From assembly GCA_965248445.1 (NCBI GenBank), contig CBDFJG010000001.1:224001-288000 (forward strand): a DNA stretch of 64,000 nt, in the 5' to 3' direction. Of the stretch, positions 13,240 to 28,869 are shown piece by piece. The position numbers and the translations under genes were made by a program. Numbering within the stretch: the stretch's first letter is position 1; each line of letters starts with the position of its first letter. Below the pieces are notes generated by a model. It was not told the DNA's origin. It did no database searches and saw only the letters and a list, made by a program, of their open reading frames with translations. The stretch comes from Planctomycetota bacterium. GTDB taxonomy: Bacteria; Planctomycetota; JAJSAM01; JAJVHW01.

Positions 13240-14739
13240 GTAACCGTTCACCCCTTCGTCGCGAGCCAGGATCCAGATCGTTCGGCCATCGGTCGATCAA
13301 GATGTTGTGGGCGAGCGGCAGGACGAGGATCTGCGGGCGATGGTCGAGGGCCTTCTGGCCTGGATCGAGGAGCTGGAGCGTCGCGAAGCGAAGCATCTGC
13401 GCCGCATCGACGAGCTCGAGTCGCGTCTGAAGCGTGACTCCCGCAACAGCTCGAGGCCTCCGTCGTCGGACCCGGCGTGGTCCAAGCGCCGTCGCGGCCG
13501 AAGGCCGCGTAGCGGTCGCCAGCAGGGCGGACAGCCGGGCCATGAGGGCACGGCGCGCGAGCTGGTGGATCCGTCCAACGTCGATGAGACCAAGGAGCAC
13601 CGTCCCGACCTCTGCGACGCGTGCGGACACGACGATCTCGAGCAGGGCATCGGCGATCCGTACCGGCACCAGGTGACGGTGCTCCCGCGCGTGCTCGTCA
13701 CGGTGCGGGAGCACCGGCTGCACAAGGCGCGGTGCCGGCGCTGTCGTGCGGTCACGACGGCGGTCCTGCCCGATGGCGTGCCGACCGGGGCCTTCGGTCC
13801 GCGGCTGACCACACTTGCCGGCGCGCTGCGCGGCGTGTACCGCGTGAGCGTGCGGGAGACGCAGCGGCTGCTCGGTGAGATTTTCGGTGTGAAGATGTCG
13901 CTGGGCAAGATCAGCGACTGTGAGCGTCGGCTCAGTGACGCTCTGCACTCGTCGTACCTCGAAGCCCTCGGGGCAGTCCGCACGTCGCTGCGAGCCAACG
14001 TGGACGAGACGTCGTGGAAGGAACGGGGCCGGGTGTGCTGGCTGTGGGCGGCGGAGAGCGAGCACGCCACAGCCTTCGGGATCGATCGCCGCCGCAGTGC
14101 CAAGGCGAAAGGGCGGCTGATCGGGCGGCGCTTCGGTGGCACGGTGATCAGCGACCGGATGGGTGCCTACGAGTCACACCCACTTGCCCGCCGCCAGCTC
14201 TGCTGGGCGCACATCGAGCGCGCCTTCCGTGCGCTGGCCGAAGGCCCGCGAGGACATCGCCGCTTCGGCAACAAGGGCGTCATGATCGCGCAGTCGGTCA
14301 TGCGCAGCTACCGGCTCTTCGGTGAGCACGGCGACCGTGACCGGCTGCAAGGCGAAGCCGCTGTGCTGCGCGGACGGCTCGAGCGACTGATCGCGAACGA
14401 CGACTCGGCTCTGGCCAACCATCTGCGCCCCCGCGTGGTCGCCCTCTTCACCTATGCGCGGACCCAGGACGTGAGTCCGACGAACAACGCCGCCGAGCGC
14501 GCGGTCCGCAAAGCGGTGCTCTGGCGCAAGGGCTCCTTCGGAAGCCAGTCCGCTCGCGGACTCCGCTTCGCCGAGCGCGTGTTGACCGCCGCGGCCACGC
14601 TGCGACGCCGTGGCGACCAAGTCTTCGACTTCCTCGCCGACTCGGTCGCCGCGCACCTCACCGGCGCCGACCCGCCCGTCATGGTCCCGCTGCCCGTCGC
14701 ACGCTGAGGCTCACACGCTGTCAAGGGGTGAACGGTTAC
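13240..14739 (+). mobile_element. IS66-family element, single-ORF (ISBst12-like), copy 1, 1500 bp
   Basis: 17-bp perfect TIRs GTAACCGTTCACCCCTT; near-identical copy at 35050-36549; flanks CGTGCTGC / GCTCCAAC are not a TSD. Confidence 0.95.
13307..14707 (+). CDS. IS66 family transposase (TnpC-like)
   Basis: NSSRPPSSD, GGQPGH, CxxC..CxxC, NVDET, QLCWAH, PTNNAAERAVR. Confidence 0.95.
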   Translation: MGERQDEDLRAMVEGLLAWIEELERREAKHLRRIDELESRLKRDSRNSSRPPSSDPAWSKRRRGRRPRSGRQQGGQPGHEGTARELVDPSNVDETKEHRPDLCDACGHDDLEQGIGDPYRHQVTVLPRVLVTVREHRLHKARCRRCRAVTTAVLPDGVPTGAFGPRLTTLAGALRGVYRVSVRETQRLLGEIFGVKMSLGKISDCERRLSDALHSSYLEALGAVRTSLRANVDETSWKERGRVCWLWAAESEHATAFGIDRRRSAKAKGRLIGRRFGGTVISDRMGAYESHPLARRQLCWAHIERAFRALAEGPRGHRRFGNKGVMIAQSVMRSYRLFGEHGDRDRLQGEAAVLRGRLERLIANDDSALANHLRPRVVALFTYARTQDVSPTNNAAERAVRKAVLWRKGSFGSQSARGLRFAERVLTAAATLRRRGDQVFDFLADSVAAHLTGADPPVMVPLPVAR

Positions 14740-14856
14740 GCTCCAACTGCATCGTCTGCGTCAGCAGACGAGCCAGATGTCACGGACCGCGAAGGGTACT
14801 CATACGGCTTCCGGCCGGGCGGATATTCCATCCCGGCCCGACGCCCGTGGTTCGTT

Positions 14857-18996
<4,140 letters not shown>

Positions 18997-19081
18997 CGCT
19001 GCTCCTCCCCAATCAAGTGGATTGGGTACGGGACGTGGGTGCGGTGCGGGGTGGCGGTCTGACGAGTGGCGGCGGTCATTC

Positions 19082-22000
19082 TCAGAACGCCTGCCTTTCG
19101 AGCTCGATGTTCAGTGCGAGTCCCTTGATCTCGTTGCAGAGCACCTCGAACGACACGGGCGTGCCGGCTTCGAGGAGGTTCTCGCCCTTGACCATGGACT
19201 CGTAGATCTTGGTGCGACCGTCGACGTCGTCGGACTTGACGGTCAGCAACTCCTGCAGGATGTACGCGGCGCCGTACGCCTCGAGCGCCCACACTTCCAT
19301 CTCACCGAAGCGCTGGCCGCCGAAGCGCGCCTTGCCGCCGAGCGGCTGCTGGGTGATCAGGCTGTACGGTCCGGTCGCGCGCGCGTGCACCTTGTCGTCG
19401 ACGAGGTGGTGCAGCTTCAGCATGTAGATGATGCCGACGGTGACCTCCTGGTCGCACGGGTGTCCGGTGCGCCCGTCGATCACCTTGGTCGTGCCGGTCT
19501 TCGGCAGCCCGGCCTGCAACAGCATCTCTTCGATCTGCGCTTCGGTGCAGCCGTCGAACGCCGGTGTCGCGACGCGCCTGCCGAGCCGCTTGGCGGCCCA
19601 GCCGAGGTGCGTCTCGAGGATCTGCCCCACGTTCATGCGCGACGGCACGCCCAGCGGATTCAGGATGATGTCGACCGGAGTCCCGTCCTCGAGGTACGGC
19701 ATGTCCTCGATCGGGAGGATCTTGGAGACGACGCCCTTGTTTCCGTGCCGGCCGGCCATCTTGTCGCCCACCGAGAGGTGGCGCTTGGTCGCGACGTACA
19801 CGCGCACCATTTCGAGCACGCCGGTCGGCAGCTCGTCGCCGCGCGAGAGGCGGTTGACGCGCTTGTTCTTGTCGTTCTCGAGCGTGTCGATGCGGTCGAA
19901 CAGGTCTTTCACTACCCGTATGCCGCGGTCCTTACCCTTGCCGTCCTTCGAGTGGATAACCACCGACTTCAAGCGGTCACGCATCGCGCGCGCCTCGTTG
20001 ATGTTCATGTCGTCGGCGAACGCGAACGGCTTCTTCGTCTCGGGGTCGGTCAGCTTCCCGGAGAACGCTGCCTGAACCTTGTCGACGCACTCGCGCACGA
20101 GGCCCTTGTGGTCCGCGGTCAACCCGCGCTCGAGGCGCTTGATCTCCGCCAGGTTCTGCTGGCGCTCCTCCTCGGTCAGGTTCACCTTGCGCGTGAACTT
20201 CTCGGCATCGATGACGATGCCCTCGACGCCGGGCGGGACCTCGAGAGAGTCGTTCTTCACGTCCTCACCGGCGCGACCGAAGATCGCGTGCAGCAGCTTC
20301 TCCTCGGGAGACAGCTCGCTCTTGCTCTTCGGTGCGACCTTGCCGACAAGGATGTCGCCGGGTGAGACCCGCGTGCCCATGCGGATGACGCCGGTCTCGT
20401 CGAGATTGCGCAAGGCCTTCTCCGAGACGTTCGGGATGTCTCGCGTGAACTCCTCGCGACCGAGCTTCGTCTCGCGAATCTCTATCTCGAACTCCTCGAT
20501 GTGGATCGACGTGTACACGTCGCGCTTGAGGAGCCCCTCGGACACGATGATCGCGTCCTCGAAGTTGTATCCCTCCCACGACATGAAGGCGACGAGGACG
20601 TTCTTACCGAGCGCCAACTCGCCGTTCAGCGTGCCGCCGCCGTCCGCGAGGACCTGACCCTTCGTCACTTCCTGACCGAGCTCGATGCAGGGCTGCTGGT
20701 TCAGGCAAGTGCGCTCGTTCAGTCCGACGAACTTGCGGAGGCGGTACTCCTTCTCATCAACCAGGATGCGCTCGGCATCCACGTGCATGATCGTGCCGGA
20801 CTCCTGGGCGACGACGACCATCCCCGAGTAGCGCGGGACGTGTGCCTCCATGCCGGTGCCGACGACGGGCGGGTCCGTCCAGATCAGGGGCACCGCCTGG
20901 CGCATCATGTTCGAGCCCATCAGCGCGCGGTTCGCGTCATCGTGCTCGAGGAACGGCACCAGGGCGGCCGAGACGCCGACGACCTGGCGTGGCGAGACGT
21001 CGAGGTACTCGACCTCGAGCGGCGTCACGAGGACGAAGTCGCCCGCGCGGCGCGCCAACACACTGTCACCGGTGAGCTTGCCCGAGGGGTCGAGCGCAGC
21101 GTCTGCCGGTCCGAGTGTGGCCGCAGCTTCCTGGTCTGCGCGCAAGAGCTGGATGTCGTTGGTGACAGCACCCTTCTTCACCACGCGATACGGCGTGACG
21201 AGGAAGCCGTAATCATCAACGGACGCGTAGATCGCGAGCGACGAGATCAGGCCGATGTTCGTGCCTTCCGGCGTCTCGATCGGGCAGATACGGCCGTAGT
21301 GCGAGATGTGCACGTCGCGCACTTCGAAGCCGGCGCGCTTGCGGTTGAGGCCGCCCGGTCCGAGTGCCGAGAGACGGCGCTCGTGCGTCAGCTGCGAGAG
21401 CGGATTCGTCTGGTCCACGACCTGCGACAGTTCGCCGCGACCGAAGAAGTACTCGATTGCGGACGAGATCGTCTTGCTGTTGATCAGCTGGCGCGGCGTG
21501 AGCTTGGACGGTTCGTCCATGTTCATCCGCTCCTGGACGGTGCGGCGGAGCTTCAGGAAGCCCTTGCGCAATTCGTCCGACGCCAGTTCGCAGATGGAGC
21601 GCACGCGGCGGTTGCCGAGATGGTCGATGTCGTCCACCTCGCCCTCGCCGCGGCGGAGCTTCATCAGGTACTTGATGCAGTTGAGGAGATCCTCGGGCTT
21701 GAGCGTCTGCTCCGTTTCGGGGATGTTCAGGCCGTACTTCCGGTTGAGGCGGAAGCGTCCGACCTTGCCGAGGCGGTAGCGGGACGGATCGAAGAACTTG
21801 TCGCGGAACAGGTCGCGCGCCTTGTCGATGTTGGGCGGGTTGCCCGGACGCAGACGGCCGTAGATCTTGAGCAGCGCCTCCTCGTGGGACTGCGTGACGT
21901 CCTCGGCCAGTGTCTTGAGCAGCAGCTCGTCGTCGGACTCGGTCACGATCTCGACGGCCGGGACCCCGGCACCGGCGATGACGCCGGCCATGTCCTCGCT

Positions 22001-22771
22001 GATGACCTGCAGCGCGTCGCAGAAGATCTCGCCCGTGTCCGGGTTGACGACCTCTGCAGTCGGACGGCGCCCGGTGATCTGCGCACGGAACGTGCGCGCC
22101 GTCCGCGTGACAGTCTTGGTCTGATAGAAGAGCCGCAGGATGTCGGCGTCGCTCGAGTACTCCTCGGAGAGCGCGCGCAGCAAAGCCGTGCAGGGGAACT
22201 TACCGCTCTGATCGATGCGGACCTGCAGGAGGTCCTTCTTGCTGACGTTCAACTCGATCCACGAGCCGCGCTCCGGGATGATCCAGCAGGAGTGGAGCTT
22301 GCGTTCGCCCGACTCGATCGCGACCGAGAAGTCAACGCCCGGCGAGCGGTGCAGCTGTGTGACGATCACGCGCTCGGCGCCGTTGATGATGAACTCGCCG
22401 CCGCCCAGCATGAGCGGGATCTCGCCGAGGTAGACCTCCTCCTCGACAGCGTCTTCCTTGTCGAGGCGTACGCGCACCTTGAAGGGTGCGCCGTACGTGA
22501 GGCGCAGCCGGCGGCACTCGTCCGGCGTGTAGCGCGGGCGTCCGAGCTCGTAGCCGACGTACTCGAGCGAGATCTCCCCGTTGAACGACTTGATGGGGAA
22601 GATCTCGCGGAGGATGGCTTCGAGACCGACGTTTCGACGCTCGCTGTACGGAACGTCCGCCTGCAAGAAGTCGCTGTAGGCACGTGTCTGGAGCTCGACG
22701 AGATTCGGGACGTCGAGCACCTCGGTCACTGTGCCGAAGGACTCCATGGGTGGAACAACCTGAATGGTCAT
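19082..22771 (-). CDS. rpoB: RNA polymerase beta subunit
   Basis: [40 protein letters not shown]. Confidence 0.99.
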   Translation of the reverse strand: MTIQVVPPMESFGTVTEVLDVPNLVELQTRAYSDFLQADVPYSERRNVGLEAILREIFPIKSFNGEISLEYVGYELGRPRYTPDECRRLRLTYGAPFKVRVRLDKEDAVEEEVYLGEIPLMLGGGEFIINGAERVIVTQLHRSPGVDFSVAIESGERKLHSCWIIPERGSWIELNVSKKDLLQVRIDQSGKFPCTALLRALSEEYSSDADILRLFYQTKTVTRTARTFRAQITGRRPTAEVVNPDTGEIFCDALQVISEDMAGVIAGAGVPAVEIVTESDDELLLKTLAEDVTQSHEEALLKIYGRLRPGNPPNIDKARDLFRDKFFDPSRYRLGKVGRFRLNRKYGLNIPETEQTLKPEDLLNCIKYLMKLRRGEGEVDDIDHLGNRRVRSICELASDELRKGFLKLRRTVQERMNMDEPSKLTPRQLINSKTISSAIEYFFGRGELSQVVDQTNPLSQLTHERRLSALGPGGLNRKRAGFEVRDVHISHYGRICPIETPEGTNIGLISSLAIYASVDDYGFLVTPYRVVKKGAVTNDIQLLRADQEAAATLGPADAALDPSGKLTGDSVLARRAGDFVLVTPLEVEYLDVSPRQVVGVSAALVPFLEHDDANRALMGSNMMRQAVPLIWTDPPVVGTGMEAHVPRYSGMVVVAQESGTIMHVDAERILVDEKEYRLRKFVGLNERTCLNQQPCIELGQEVTKGQVLADGGGTLNGELALGKNVLVAFMSWEGYNFEDAIIVSEGLLKRDVYTSIHIEEFEIEIRETKLGREEFTRDIPNVSEKALRNLDETGVIRMGTRVSPGDILVGKVAPKSKSELSPEEKLLHAIFGRAGEDVKNDSLEVPPGVEGIVIDAEKFTRKVNLTEEERQQNLAEIKRLERGLTADHKGLVRECVDKVQAAFSGKLTDPETKKPFAFADDMNINEARAMRDRLKSVVIHSKDGKGKDRGIRVVKDLFDRIDTLENDKNKRVNRLSRGDELPTGVLEMVRVYVATKRHLSVGDKMAGRHGNKGVVSKILPIEDMPYLEDGTPVDIILNPLGVPSRMNVGQILETHLGWAAKRLGRRVATPAFDGCTEAQIEEMLLQAGLPKTGTTKVIDGRTGHPCDQEVTVGIIYMLKLHHLVDDKVHARATGPYSLITQQPLGGKARFGGQRFGEMEVWALEAYGAAYILQELLTVKSDDVDGRTKIYESMVKGENLLEAGTPVSFEVLCNEIKGLALNIELERQAF

Positions 22772-23029
22772 CGCGCGGGCTCTCCTGCTACGGGGTCAGG
22801 GGAGATGAGGTACGCGGGACACGGCAGCCCTGCCGCGCTCACGGACCGAAAGGACATCACTTCGCACGGAGTCCGGGGGACTCCGATCGACGGGCCATGG
22901 CGGCCACGCAACCCAACACTGCGGCGCGGATGAACATACGTTCCACCCGCCCCGTAGTGGGGCTGCTCGGAAACGGGCGACCGCGGTCGCCACTCGGACA
23001 CGGACTGTGCCGACAACTCCGTGCCGGAC

Positions 23030-23413
23030 CTACGAGAGGGCGACTTCGGCGCCGCTGGCTTCGAGTTCCGACTTGATCTTCTCGCCTTCTTCCTTGCTGA
23101 CGTCGTCCTTGACCACCGACGGCGCACCGCCCACGACCGCCTTGGCCTCTTTGAGACCGAGACCGGTGACGGCACGGACCGCCTTGATGACTTGGATCTT
23201 GTTCGCACCGAACGACTTGAGCTCGACCTTGAACGAAGTCTGCTCTTCGACTTCGGCCGCACCGCCGCCGCCACCGCCGACCGCCATGGCCATGGGCGCT
23301 GCCGCCGTGACACCGAATACTTCTTCGATCTGGTTCTTGAGCTCGGCGAGCTCGAGCGCCGTCATGCCCTTCAGGGCCTCGATCACGGTTTCCACCGTCT
23401 TGGACTCCGACAT
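23030..23413 (-). CDS. rplL: 50S ribosomal protein L7/L12
   Basis: [20 protein letters not shown]. Confidence 0.98.
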   Translation of the reverse strand: MSESKTVETVIEALKGMTALELAELKNQIEEVFGVTAAAPMAMAVGGGGGGAAEVEEQTSFKVELKSFGANKIQVIKAVRAVTGLGLKEAKAVVGGAPSVVKDDVSKEEGEKIKSELEASGAEVALS

Positions 23414-23546
23414 CGCGGGTCTCCTCCTGCTGCGTGCTCCCGCCTGCTGTTCGGGAGCAATACTGCGACTGCTTCCAGTCGCGACTTCAGCTCCGTCCTG
23501 TCCTGTTCATGACGCGGCCCGCTCACGCGGAACGCGAGGCCGGCGC

Positions 23547-24089
23547 TCAGGCGGCGTCGGCCTTCTCCTTCTGCTCTCGAACCGCGTCCACTGCGCGGGC
23601 GACTCCTGCGAGCATCTCGTTCAGCTGTCCGGCGATGTTCTGCATCGGTGCCACTACCGCGCTGGCGATCATCGAGAGGAGATCGTCGCGCGAGGGCAGC
23701 GTGGCCAGCGTGTTGACGTCGCCCACGGACAACACGCGGCCGTCCATGAACCCGCCGAGCACGTGAACGGTGCTCTCCTTGTTGGCCTTGGCGAAGTCGG
23801 TCACGATGCGCGAGACCGTCAGGACGCCTTCGTCGCCGCCGCCATGGGCCACGGCACTCATGCCCTCGAGCACGCCGCCGAGGCCGTCGAGCCCCATGTC
23901 GTCGAAGACCTTCGATGCGACACGGTTCTTCAGCACCGTCATCTGCGCACCCTCGGCGCGCAGCTTCGAGCGCAGGTCGTTGACGCGCGCGACCGTCAGA
24001 CGGTCGAGCTGCACGACGACGAGGCTCTTGTCGTCTCCCATCCGCGACTTGATGTCCGCGGCGATGTAGCGCTTGAGTGCTTTGCTCAC
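23547..24089 (-). CDS. rplJ: 50S ribosomal protein L10
   Basis: LRSKLR..VLKNRV, LATLPSRDDLL; operon position. Confidence 0.95.
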   Translation of the reverse strand: MSKALKRYIAADIKSRMGDDKSLVVVQLDRLTVARVNDLRSKLRAEGAQMTVLKNRVASKVFDDMGLDGLGGVLEGMSAVAHGGGDEGVLTVSRIVTDFAKANKESTVHVLGGFMDGRVLSVGDVNTLATLPSRDDLLSMIASAVVAPMQNIAGQLNEMLAGVARAVDAVREQKEKADAA

Positions 24090-24098
24090 AAGGGCCTC

Positions 24099-24785
24099 CT
24101 ACTGGACGTCCAGCCGTAGGCCGGGACCCATCGACGAGGCGATGGACACGCGGCGGATGTAGATCCCCTTCGACCCGGACGGCTTGGCCGCGCGGACGCT
24201 GTCGACGAACGCCTGCACGTTCTCGACCAGCTTGTCGTCGGTGAACGAGACCCTGCCAACCGGCGCGTGGACGTTCGCGCCGGAGTCGACGCGATACTCC
24301 ACCTTGCCCGCCTTGTACGCATTGACCGCGGAGGTGACGTCGTCGGTGACCGTTCCGGCCTTCGGCGACGGCATCTTGCCCTGCGGGCCCAGCACGCGAC
24401 CGAGCTTGCCGACGTGACGCATCATGGCCGGCACGGCCACGGCGACGTCGAAGTCGGTCCAGCCGCCCTGGATCTTCTCGACGAGCTCCGCGCCACCGAC
24501 GAAGTCGGCGCCCGCGGCCTCGGCCTCCGCCGCCTTGTCGCCCTCGGCGAACACGAGCACGCTGCGCGCCTTCCCGCCGAGCCCGTGGGGCAGCACGACG
24601 CTGCCGCGCACTTGCTGATCGCCCTTTCGGGGATCGACGCCGAGCCGGAGCGAGAGCTCGACCGTCTCGTCGAACTTCGCTGTCGCGAGTTCCTTCACCA
24701 GCGAGATCGCCTCGGCGATCGCGTACCGCCGTTCGCGGTCCACCTTCTCGAACAGCGCAAGGTAGCGCTTCGATCTGTCAGCCAT
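24099..24785 (-). CDS. rplA: 50S ribosomal protein L1
   Basis: [38 protein letters not shown]. Confidence 0.98.
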   Translation of the reverse strand: MADRSKRYLALFEKVDRERRYAIAEAISLVKELATAKFDETVELSLRLGVDPRKGDQQVRGSVVLPHGLGGKARSVLVFAEGDKAAEAEAAGADFVGGAELVEKIQGGWTDFDVAVAVPAMMRHVGKLGRVLGPQGKMPSPKAGTVTDDVTSAVNAYKAGKVEYRVDSGANVHAPVGRVSFTDDKLVENVQAFVDSVRAAKPSGSKGIYIRRVSIASSMGPGLRLDVQ

Positions 24786-24894
24786 TCTTCACCTCGCTCC
24801 CCGGATGGCCACTGCGAGACGAGTCTCGGTTGCGGGTCCGGGTTCGAACGCGATCTGTCGCGGGGCAAGCGCCCCACCAACTTCGAAGGGCCTC

Positions 24895-25329
24895 TCAGCC
24901 CTCCACTTCGATTCCGCACGAACGAGCAGTTCCCGCGATCATGCGGACGGCCGTCTCGAGCGAGCCGGCCCCCAGGTCTTCCATCTTTGTCTTGGCGATC
25001 TCTTCGAGGTCGGCGCGGGTGACCTTGCCGACGGGTGCCTCGCGGCCGGGCTCGTTGGCGCCCTTCGCCAGGTTGGCGGCGCGCTTCAGTAGCACGGCCG
25101 CCGGCGGCGACTTGATGATGAAGTCGAACGTGCGGTCCTTGTAGACCGAGATCACGACCGGCAGCACCAGGCCCATGCGGTCGCCGGTGCGGTCGTTGAA
25201 CGTCTTCACGAACTGACCGATGTTGACGCCGTGCTGACCGAGTGCGGGTCCGACCGGCGGCGCAGGGGTTCCCTGGCCGCCGGGGATCTGCAGCTTGATC
25301 AGCGCAGTGATTTCCTTCTTCTTCGCCAT
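24895..25329 (-). CDS. rplK: 50S ribosomal protein L11
   Basis: [25 protein letters not shown]. Confidence 0.98.
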   Translation of the reverse strand: MAKKKEITALIKLQIPGGQGTPAPPVGPALGQHGVNIGQFVKTFNDRTGDRMGLVLPVVISVYKDRTFDFIIKSPPAAVLLKRAANLAKGANEPGREAPVGKVTRADLEEIAKTKMEDLGAGSLETAVRMIAGTARSCGIEVEG

Positions 25330-25380
25330 GACGTGCTCCCAACCGGCGCGTGTGACCGCGCAGGTGCCCGGTCTCCCGGA

Positions 25381-25905
25381 CTAGATCGTTTCCACCTGCC
25401 AGTACTCGAGTTCCACCGGAGTCGGCCGGCCGAAGATCGTGACGACGACCTTGACGATGCCCTTGTCCGGCAGGACCTCGTCAACGATGCCGTCGAAGCT
25501 CTCGAAGGGGCCTTCCTTGATCTTGACGGACTCGCCCTTCTGGAACTGGATCTTCACCTTCGGCTTCTCGGCCGTCTTGTTCATGGTGCCGAGCACCGCG
25601 TCGACCTCGTGCTGCTCCATCGGAGCCGGTCGTCCGGGGGCGCCGACGAAGTCGCCGATCCCGCCCGTCTCACGGATCAGGAACCAGACGTCTTCATCGA
25701 TGTCCATCTTGCAGAGGAGGTAGCCGGGGTAGAGCTTGCGGCGGTAGTTGCGCTTCTTGCCGCCCTTGATCTCGGACACCGTTTCCGTCGGGACGAGGAC
25801 CTCGGTGATCTTCTCGTCCAGACCGGCAGCCTTGATGCGGCGGCGCAGTGTCTCGGCCACGCGGTCTTCGCGACCGCTCTGACAACGGAGGACATACCAG
25901 TTCAC
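25381..25905 (-). CDS. nusG: Transcription termination/antitermination factor NusG
   Basis: [20 protein letters not shown] motif [21 protein letters not shown] start at 25905. Confidence 0.97.
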   Translation of the reverse strand: MNWYVLRCQSGREDRVAETLRRRIKAAGLDEKITEVLVPTETVSEIKGGKKRNYRRKLYPGYLLCKMDIDEDVWFLIRETGGIGDFVGAPGRPAPMEQHEVDAVLGTMNKTAEKPKVKIQFQKGESVKIKEGPFESFDGIVDEVLPDKGIVKVVVTIFGRPTPVELEYWQVETI

Positions 25906-25919
25906 GAGATTCGCTTTCC

Positions 25920-26438
25920 CTATCCCTTGGCGATCAGCTCGATCACCGAGCCGATCACGATGTCGAACAGAAACGTCATACCCACAAGCGCAACCGTGAA
26001 CAGCGTCACCACGATGGTGCTCTGCCACGCGTCGCCGAACGTCGGCCACGACACCTTCTTGAGTTCTTGCTCCATCTCGATCACGAGATCCGCCCACTTC
26101 GGGCGGTTCATGAAGCGCCACCACCACAGCGACCCGCCCAAGAGCACGACCAGCGCGATTGCCAGCGCCGGGCTCACCTTCGTCGAGAAGAACACCAGAT
26201 CGACGGACCAGGCCTCCTGCGGCAGCGCCCCGCCGAACATCTCGAACTCGTTGAGCCCCTGACCGAGGCGCGGGAAGAACTCGGGCAGCGCAAGCATGAG
26301 CGAGCGGCAACCCCAGGCCAGCAGGATGAGGCCCGTCCAGAGGATCAGAGTCCTGGACGTCTTCCCCTGACCGGGCTTGTACGCCTGGAACAGGGTGCGG
26401 GGCTTCGCCGGGCTGAAGACCTCCACGCTCAAGACCAT
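25920..26438 (-). CDS. secE: Preprotein translocase SecE (long form with extra TM segments)
   Basis: ELKKVSWPT motif plus C-terminal TM; between tRNA-Trp and nusG. Confidence 0.93.
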   Translation of the reverse strand: MVLSVEVFSPAKPRTLFQAYKPGQGKTSRTLILWTGLILLAWGCRSLMLALPEFFPRLGQGLNEFEMFGGALPQEAWSVDLVFFSTKVSPALAIALVVLLGGSLWWWRFMNRPKWADLVIEMEQELKKVSWPTFGDAWQSTIVVTLFTVALVGMTFLFDIVIGSVIELIAKG

Positions 26439-26576
26439 CTCCTATCCATCCAACAACACTTCAGTGCGCCGTGTCCGGCGCATCACTCGCAGTCCAACAA
26501 CAGTTCGACGCGCCGAGACCGACGCGTCACTCGGATTTCGTAATCAGCCCGGCGTCGCCGCGCCCTAGCCACCGTC

Positions 26577-26652
26577 TGGCAGGACGCGAGGGACTCGAAC
26601 CCCCAACCGCCCGGTTTGGAACCGGGTGCTCTACCAATTGAGCTAGCGTCCT
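26577..26652 (-). tRNA. tRNA-Trp (CCA)
   Basis: Cloverleaf AGGACGC..CCCGG-TTCCAAA-CCGGG..TTCGAGT..GCGTCCT-G-CCA. Confidence 0.97.
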
Positions 26653-26729
26653 CCAGTCGGACCGCCGACCGGGTGTCGGCTCCCCCGAACGAGCGCTACT
26701 TCTTCTTCTCGCCGGCCGTGGACACGGCC

Positions 26730-26894
26730 CTACTTCTTCTTCTCGCGGTGTTCGACGTGCTTCCGGCACGTCGAGCAGTACTTCGAGATGTTGAGCTTGT
26801 ACTCCGCCTTGGTCCGACGCGGCTTCCGGTAGTTCCGGTTGCCACAGTCGGGGCACTGCAGGCTCACCCACTCGCGGTTCGTTGCCTTTGCCAT
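26730..26894 (-). CDS. rpmG: 50S ribosomal protein L33 (Zn-binding C+ type)
   Basis: Hand translation MAKATNREWVSLQCPDCGNRNY...KYCSTCRKHVEHREKKK; below the ORF-track cutoff. Confidence 0.95.
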   Translation of the reverse strand: MAKATNREWVSLQCPDCGNRNYRKPRRTKAEYKLNISKYCSTCRKHVEHREKKK

Positions 26895-26901
26895 CGGTGC
26901 C

Positions 26902-28104
26902 CTACTCGATGACCTCGGTCACGCGTCCGGCGCCAACCGTGCGACCACCCTCTCGGATGGCAAAGCGCACGCCCTGCTCCATCGCGATCGGCTGGATCAG
27001 CTCGACCGTGATCTCGATATTGTCACCCGGCAGCACCATCTGCGCACCGTGCAGGTCCGCAATGGCCCCCGTCACGTCCGTCGTACGGAAGTAGAACTGC
27101 GGGCGATAACCGGCGTTGAAGTGCGTGTGCCGTCCGCCCTCTTCCTTGCTGAGGATGTAGACCTGCGACTTGAACTTCGTGTGCGGGGTGATCGACTTGG
27201 GCTTCGCGAGCACCATGCCGCGCTCGATCTCGTCCTTGCCGACGCCGCGGAGCAACACGCCGACGTTGTCGCCGGCCTGGCCCGAGTCGAGCGTCTTCTG
27301 GAACATCTCGACGCCGGTGCAGGTCGTCGCCATCGGCTCCTCGCGGAGGCCGATGATGGCGATCGGGTCACCGGTCTTCACCATGCCACGCTCCACGCGA
27401 CCGGTCGCCACCGTGCCGCGGCCCTTGATCGAGAACACGTCCTCGACGGGCATCAGGAACGGCTTGTCGACCTCGCGCGCGGGCTCCGGGATGTAGGTGT
27501 CAAGCGCCTCGATGAGCTGGTAGATGGGCTGAGCAGCCGGGTCGTCCGCGCTCTCAGCGTTCAGCGCCGGGAGCGAGGCACCCTGGATCACAGGAGTGTC
27601 GTCGCCAGGGAACTCATAGGCGTCGAGCAGCTCGCGGACCTCGAGCTCGACGAGCTCGAGGAGTTCGTCGTCGTCGACCAGATCACACTTGTTGAGGAAG
27701 ACAACGATGAACGGGACACCGACCTGGCGGCCGAGGAGCACGTGCTCCTTCGTCTGCGGCATCGGGCCGGTGGACGCGTCGACCACCAGGATCGCACCGT
27801 CCATCTGCGCGGCGCCCGTGATCATGTTCTTCACGTAGTCGGCGTGACCCGGGCAGTCGACGTGCGCGTAGTGGCGCGTGTCGCTCTCGTACTCGACGTG
27901 CGCCACCGCGATCGTCACCGTCTTGCTGGCGTCACGCACGGTGCCGCCCTTGGCGATGTCGGCGTACTCCTTGAACTTCGCGAGACCCTTGAACTCGAGG
28001 CACTTCAGCATCGCTGCTGTGAGGGTGGTCTTGCCGTGGTCAACGTGGCCGATCGTCCCGACGTTCACGTGGGGCTTCGTGCGGACGAATGTTTCCTTCG
28101 CCAT
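26902..28104 (-). CDS. tuf: Elongation factor Tu
   Basis: [41 protein letters not shown]. Confidence 0.99.
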   Translation of the reverse strand: MAKETFVRTKPHVNVGTIGHVDHGKTTLTAAMLKCLEFKGLAKFKEYADIAKGGTVRDASKTVTIAVAHVEYESDTRHYAHVDCPGHADYVKNMITGAAQMDGAILVVDASTGPMPQTKEHVLLGRQVGVPFIVVFLNKCDLVDDDELLELVELEVRELLDAYEFPGDDTPVIQGASLPALNAESADDPAAQPIYQLIEALDTYIPEPAREVDKPFLMPVEDVFSIKGRGTVATGRVERGMVKTGDPIAIIGLREEPMATTCTGVEMFQKTLDSGQAGDNVGVLLRGVGKDEIERGMVLAKPKSITPHTKFKSQVYILSKEEGGRHTHFNAGYRPQFYFRTTDVTGAIADLHGAQMVLPGDNIEITVELIQPIAMEQGVRFAIREGGRTVGAGRVTEVIE

Positions 28105-28197
28105 CTCTCCATCCTTCGGCGTCTTGCGCCCTCGTTTGGGGACCGTTCGACACGGGCCCTACGTTCCCTCAGTGGCGTCTGCGTTCGCTCAGTGGTG

Positions 28198-28272
28198 TGG
28201 AGCTGCCGATGGGACTCGAACCCATGACCTCCTCCTTACCAAGGAGGTGCTCTACCACTGAGCTACGGCAGC
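28198..28272 (-). tRNA. tRNA-Thr (GGT)
   Basis: Cloverleaf GCTGCCG..CCTCC-TTGGTAA-GGAGG..CGGCAGC-T-CCA. Confidence 0.97.
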
Positions 28273-28539
28273 GGTGCCTCAATGCACGGGCGCTCGGTAA
28301 CGCGTTACCGTTGCACCCGGGCCTGACCCTGACGCGCCACTCCCGACTCGTGTCGGTGCCGCAGGAACACGCGTTCCCGCACGACGCCGGCACTGCTCCG
28401 GGAACCGTGTCTCCTCGACGAAACGGCCGACGGGCACGCCCCGTCCGACCACAGATCGCGACGTGATCGCCGCGCCAACAACCGTCCCAACAGCGTCAGC
28501 TGTTGGACCGAAAAAGCAACGCTCCCGTCGCCGCGCCGT

Positions 28540-28613
28540 TGGAGCGGGCGAAGGGAATCGAACCCTCGTAAGTAGCTTGGAAGGCTACCGCTCTACCATT
28601 GAGCTACGCCCGC
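28540..28613 (-). tRNA. tRNA-Gly (TCC)
   Basis: Cloverleaf GCGGGCG..GTAGC-CTTCCAA-GCTAC..CGCCCGC-T-CCA. Confidence 0.97.
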
Positions 28614-28869
28614 TCGCCACGACGCGCTCACACCGTCACGACGCACCGATTCCGGAGCCGCCACACCGCTGTCCGCGCACCTCTTCCGAGGCTGGGAGAC
28701 CGGGTTGCGGCCCCTTCGGTGACCGTTCCGAAGTGGGCTCGACGCGCCGAACCGGCGCGAAACCCCGAGACTGTAGGGGGCCGGCTGTGGCGCGCCACTT
28801 TTTTCGGTGGCCGTCCCAGGCTCCGGCCGAGGCAACGGGAACGACCTCCCGCCGCCGAGCCGGAGGCGG

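Noticed and set aside
25906..26310. N-terminally extended 309-aa NusG from the ORF track
   Set aside because: The extension overlaps secE in another frame; NusG homology starts at GTG 25905
28620..28860. Additional tRNA (Tyr/Thr) upstream of tRNA-Gly
   Set aside because: No T-loop or cloverleaf could be folded
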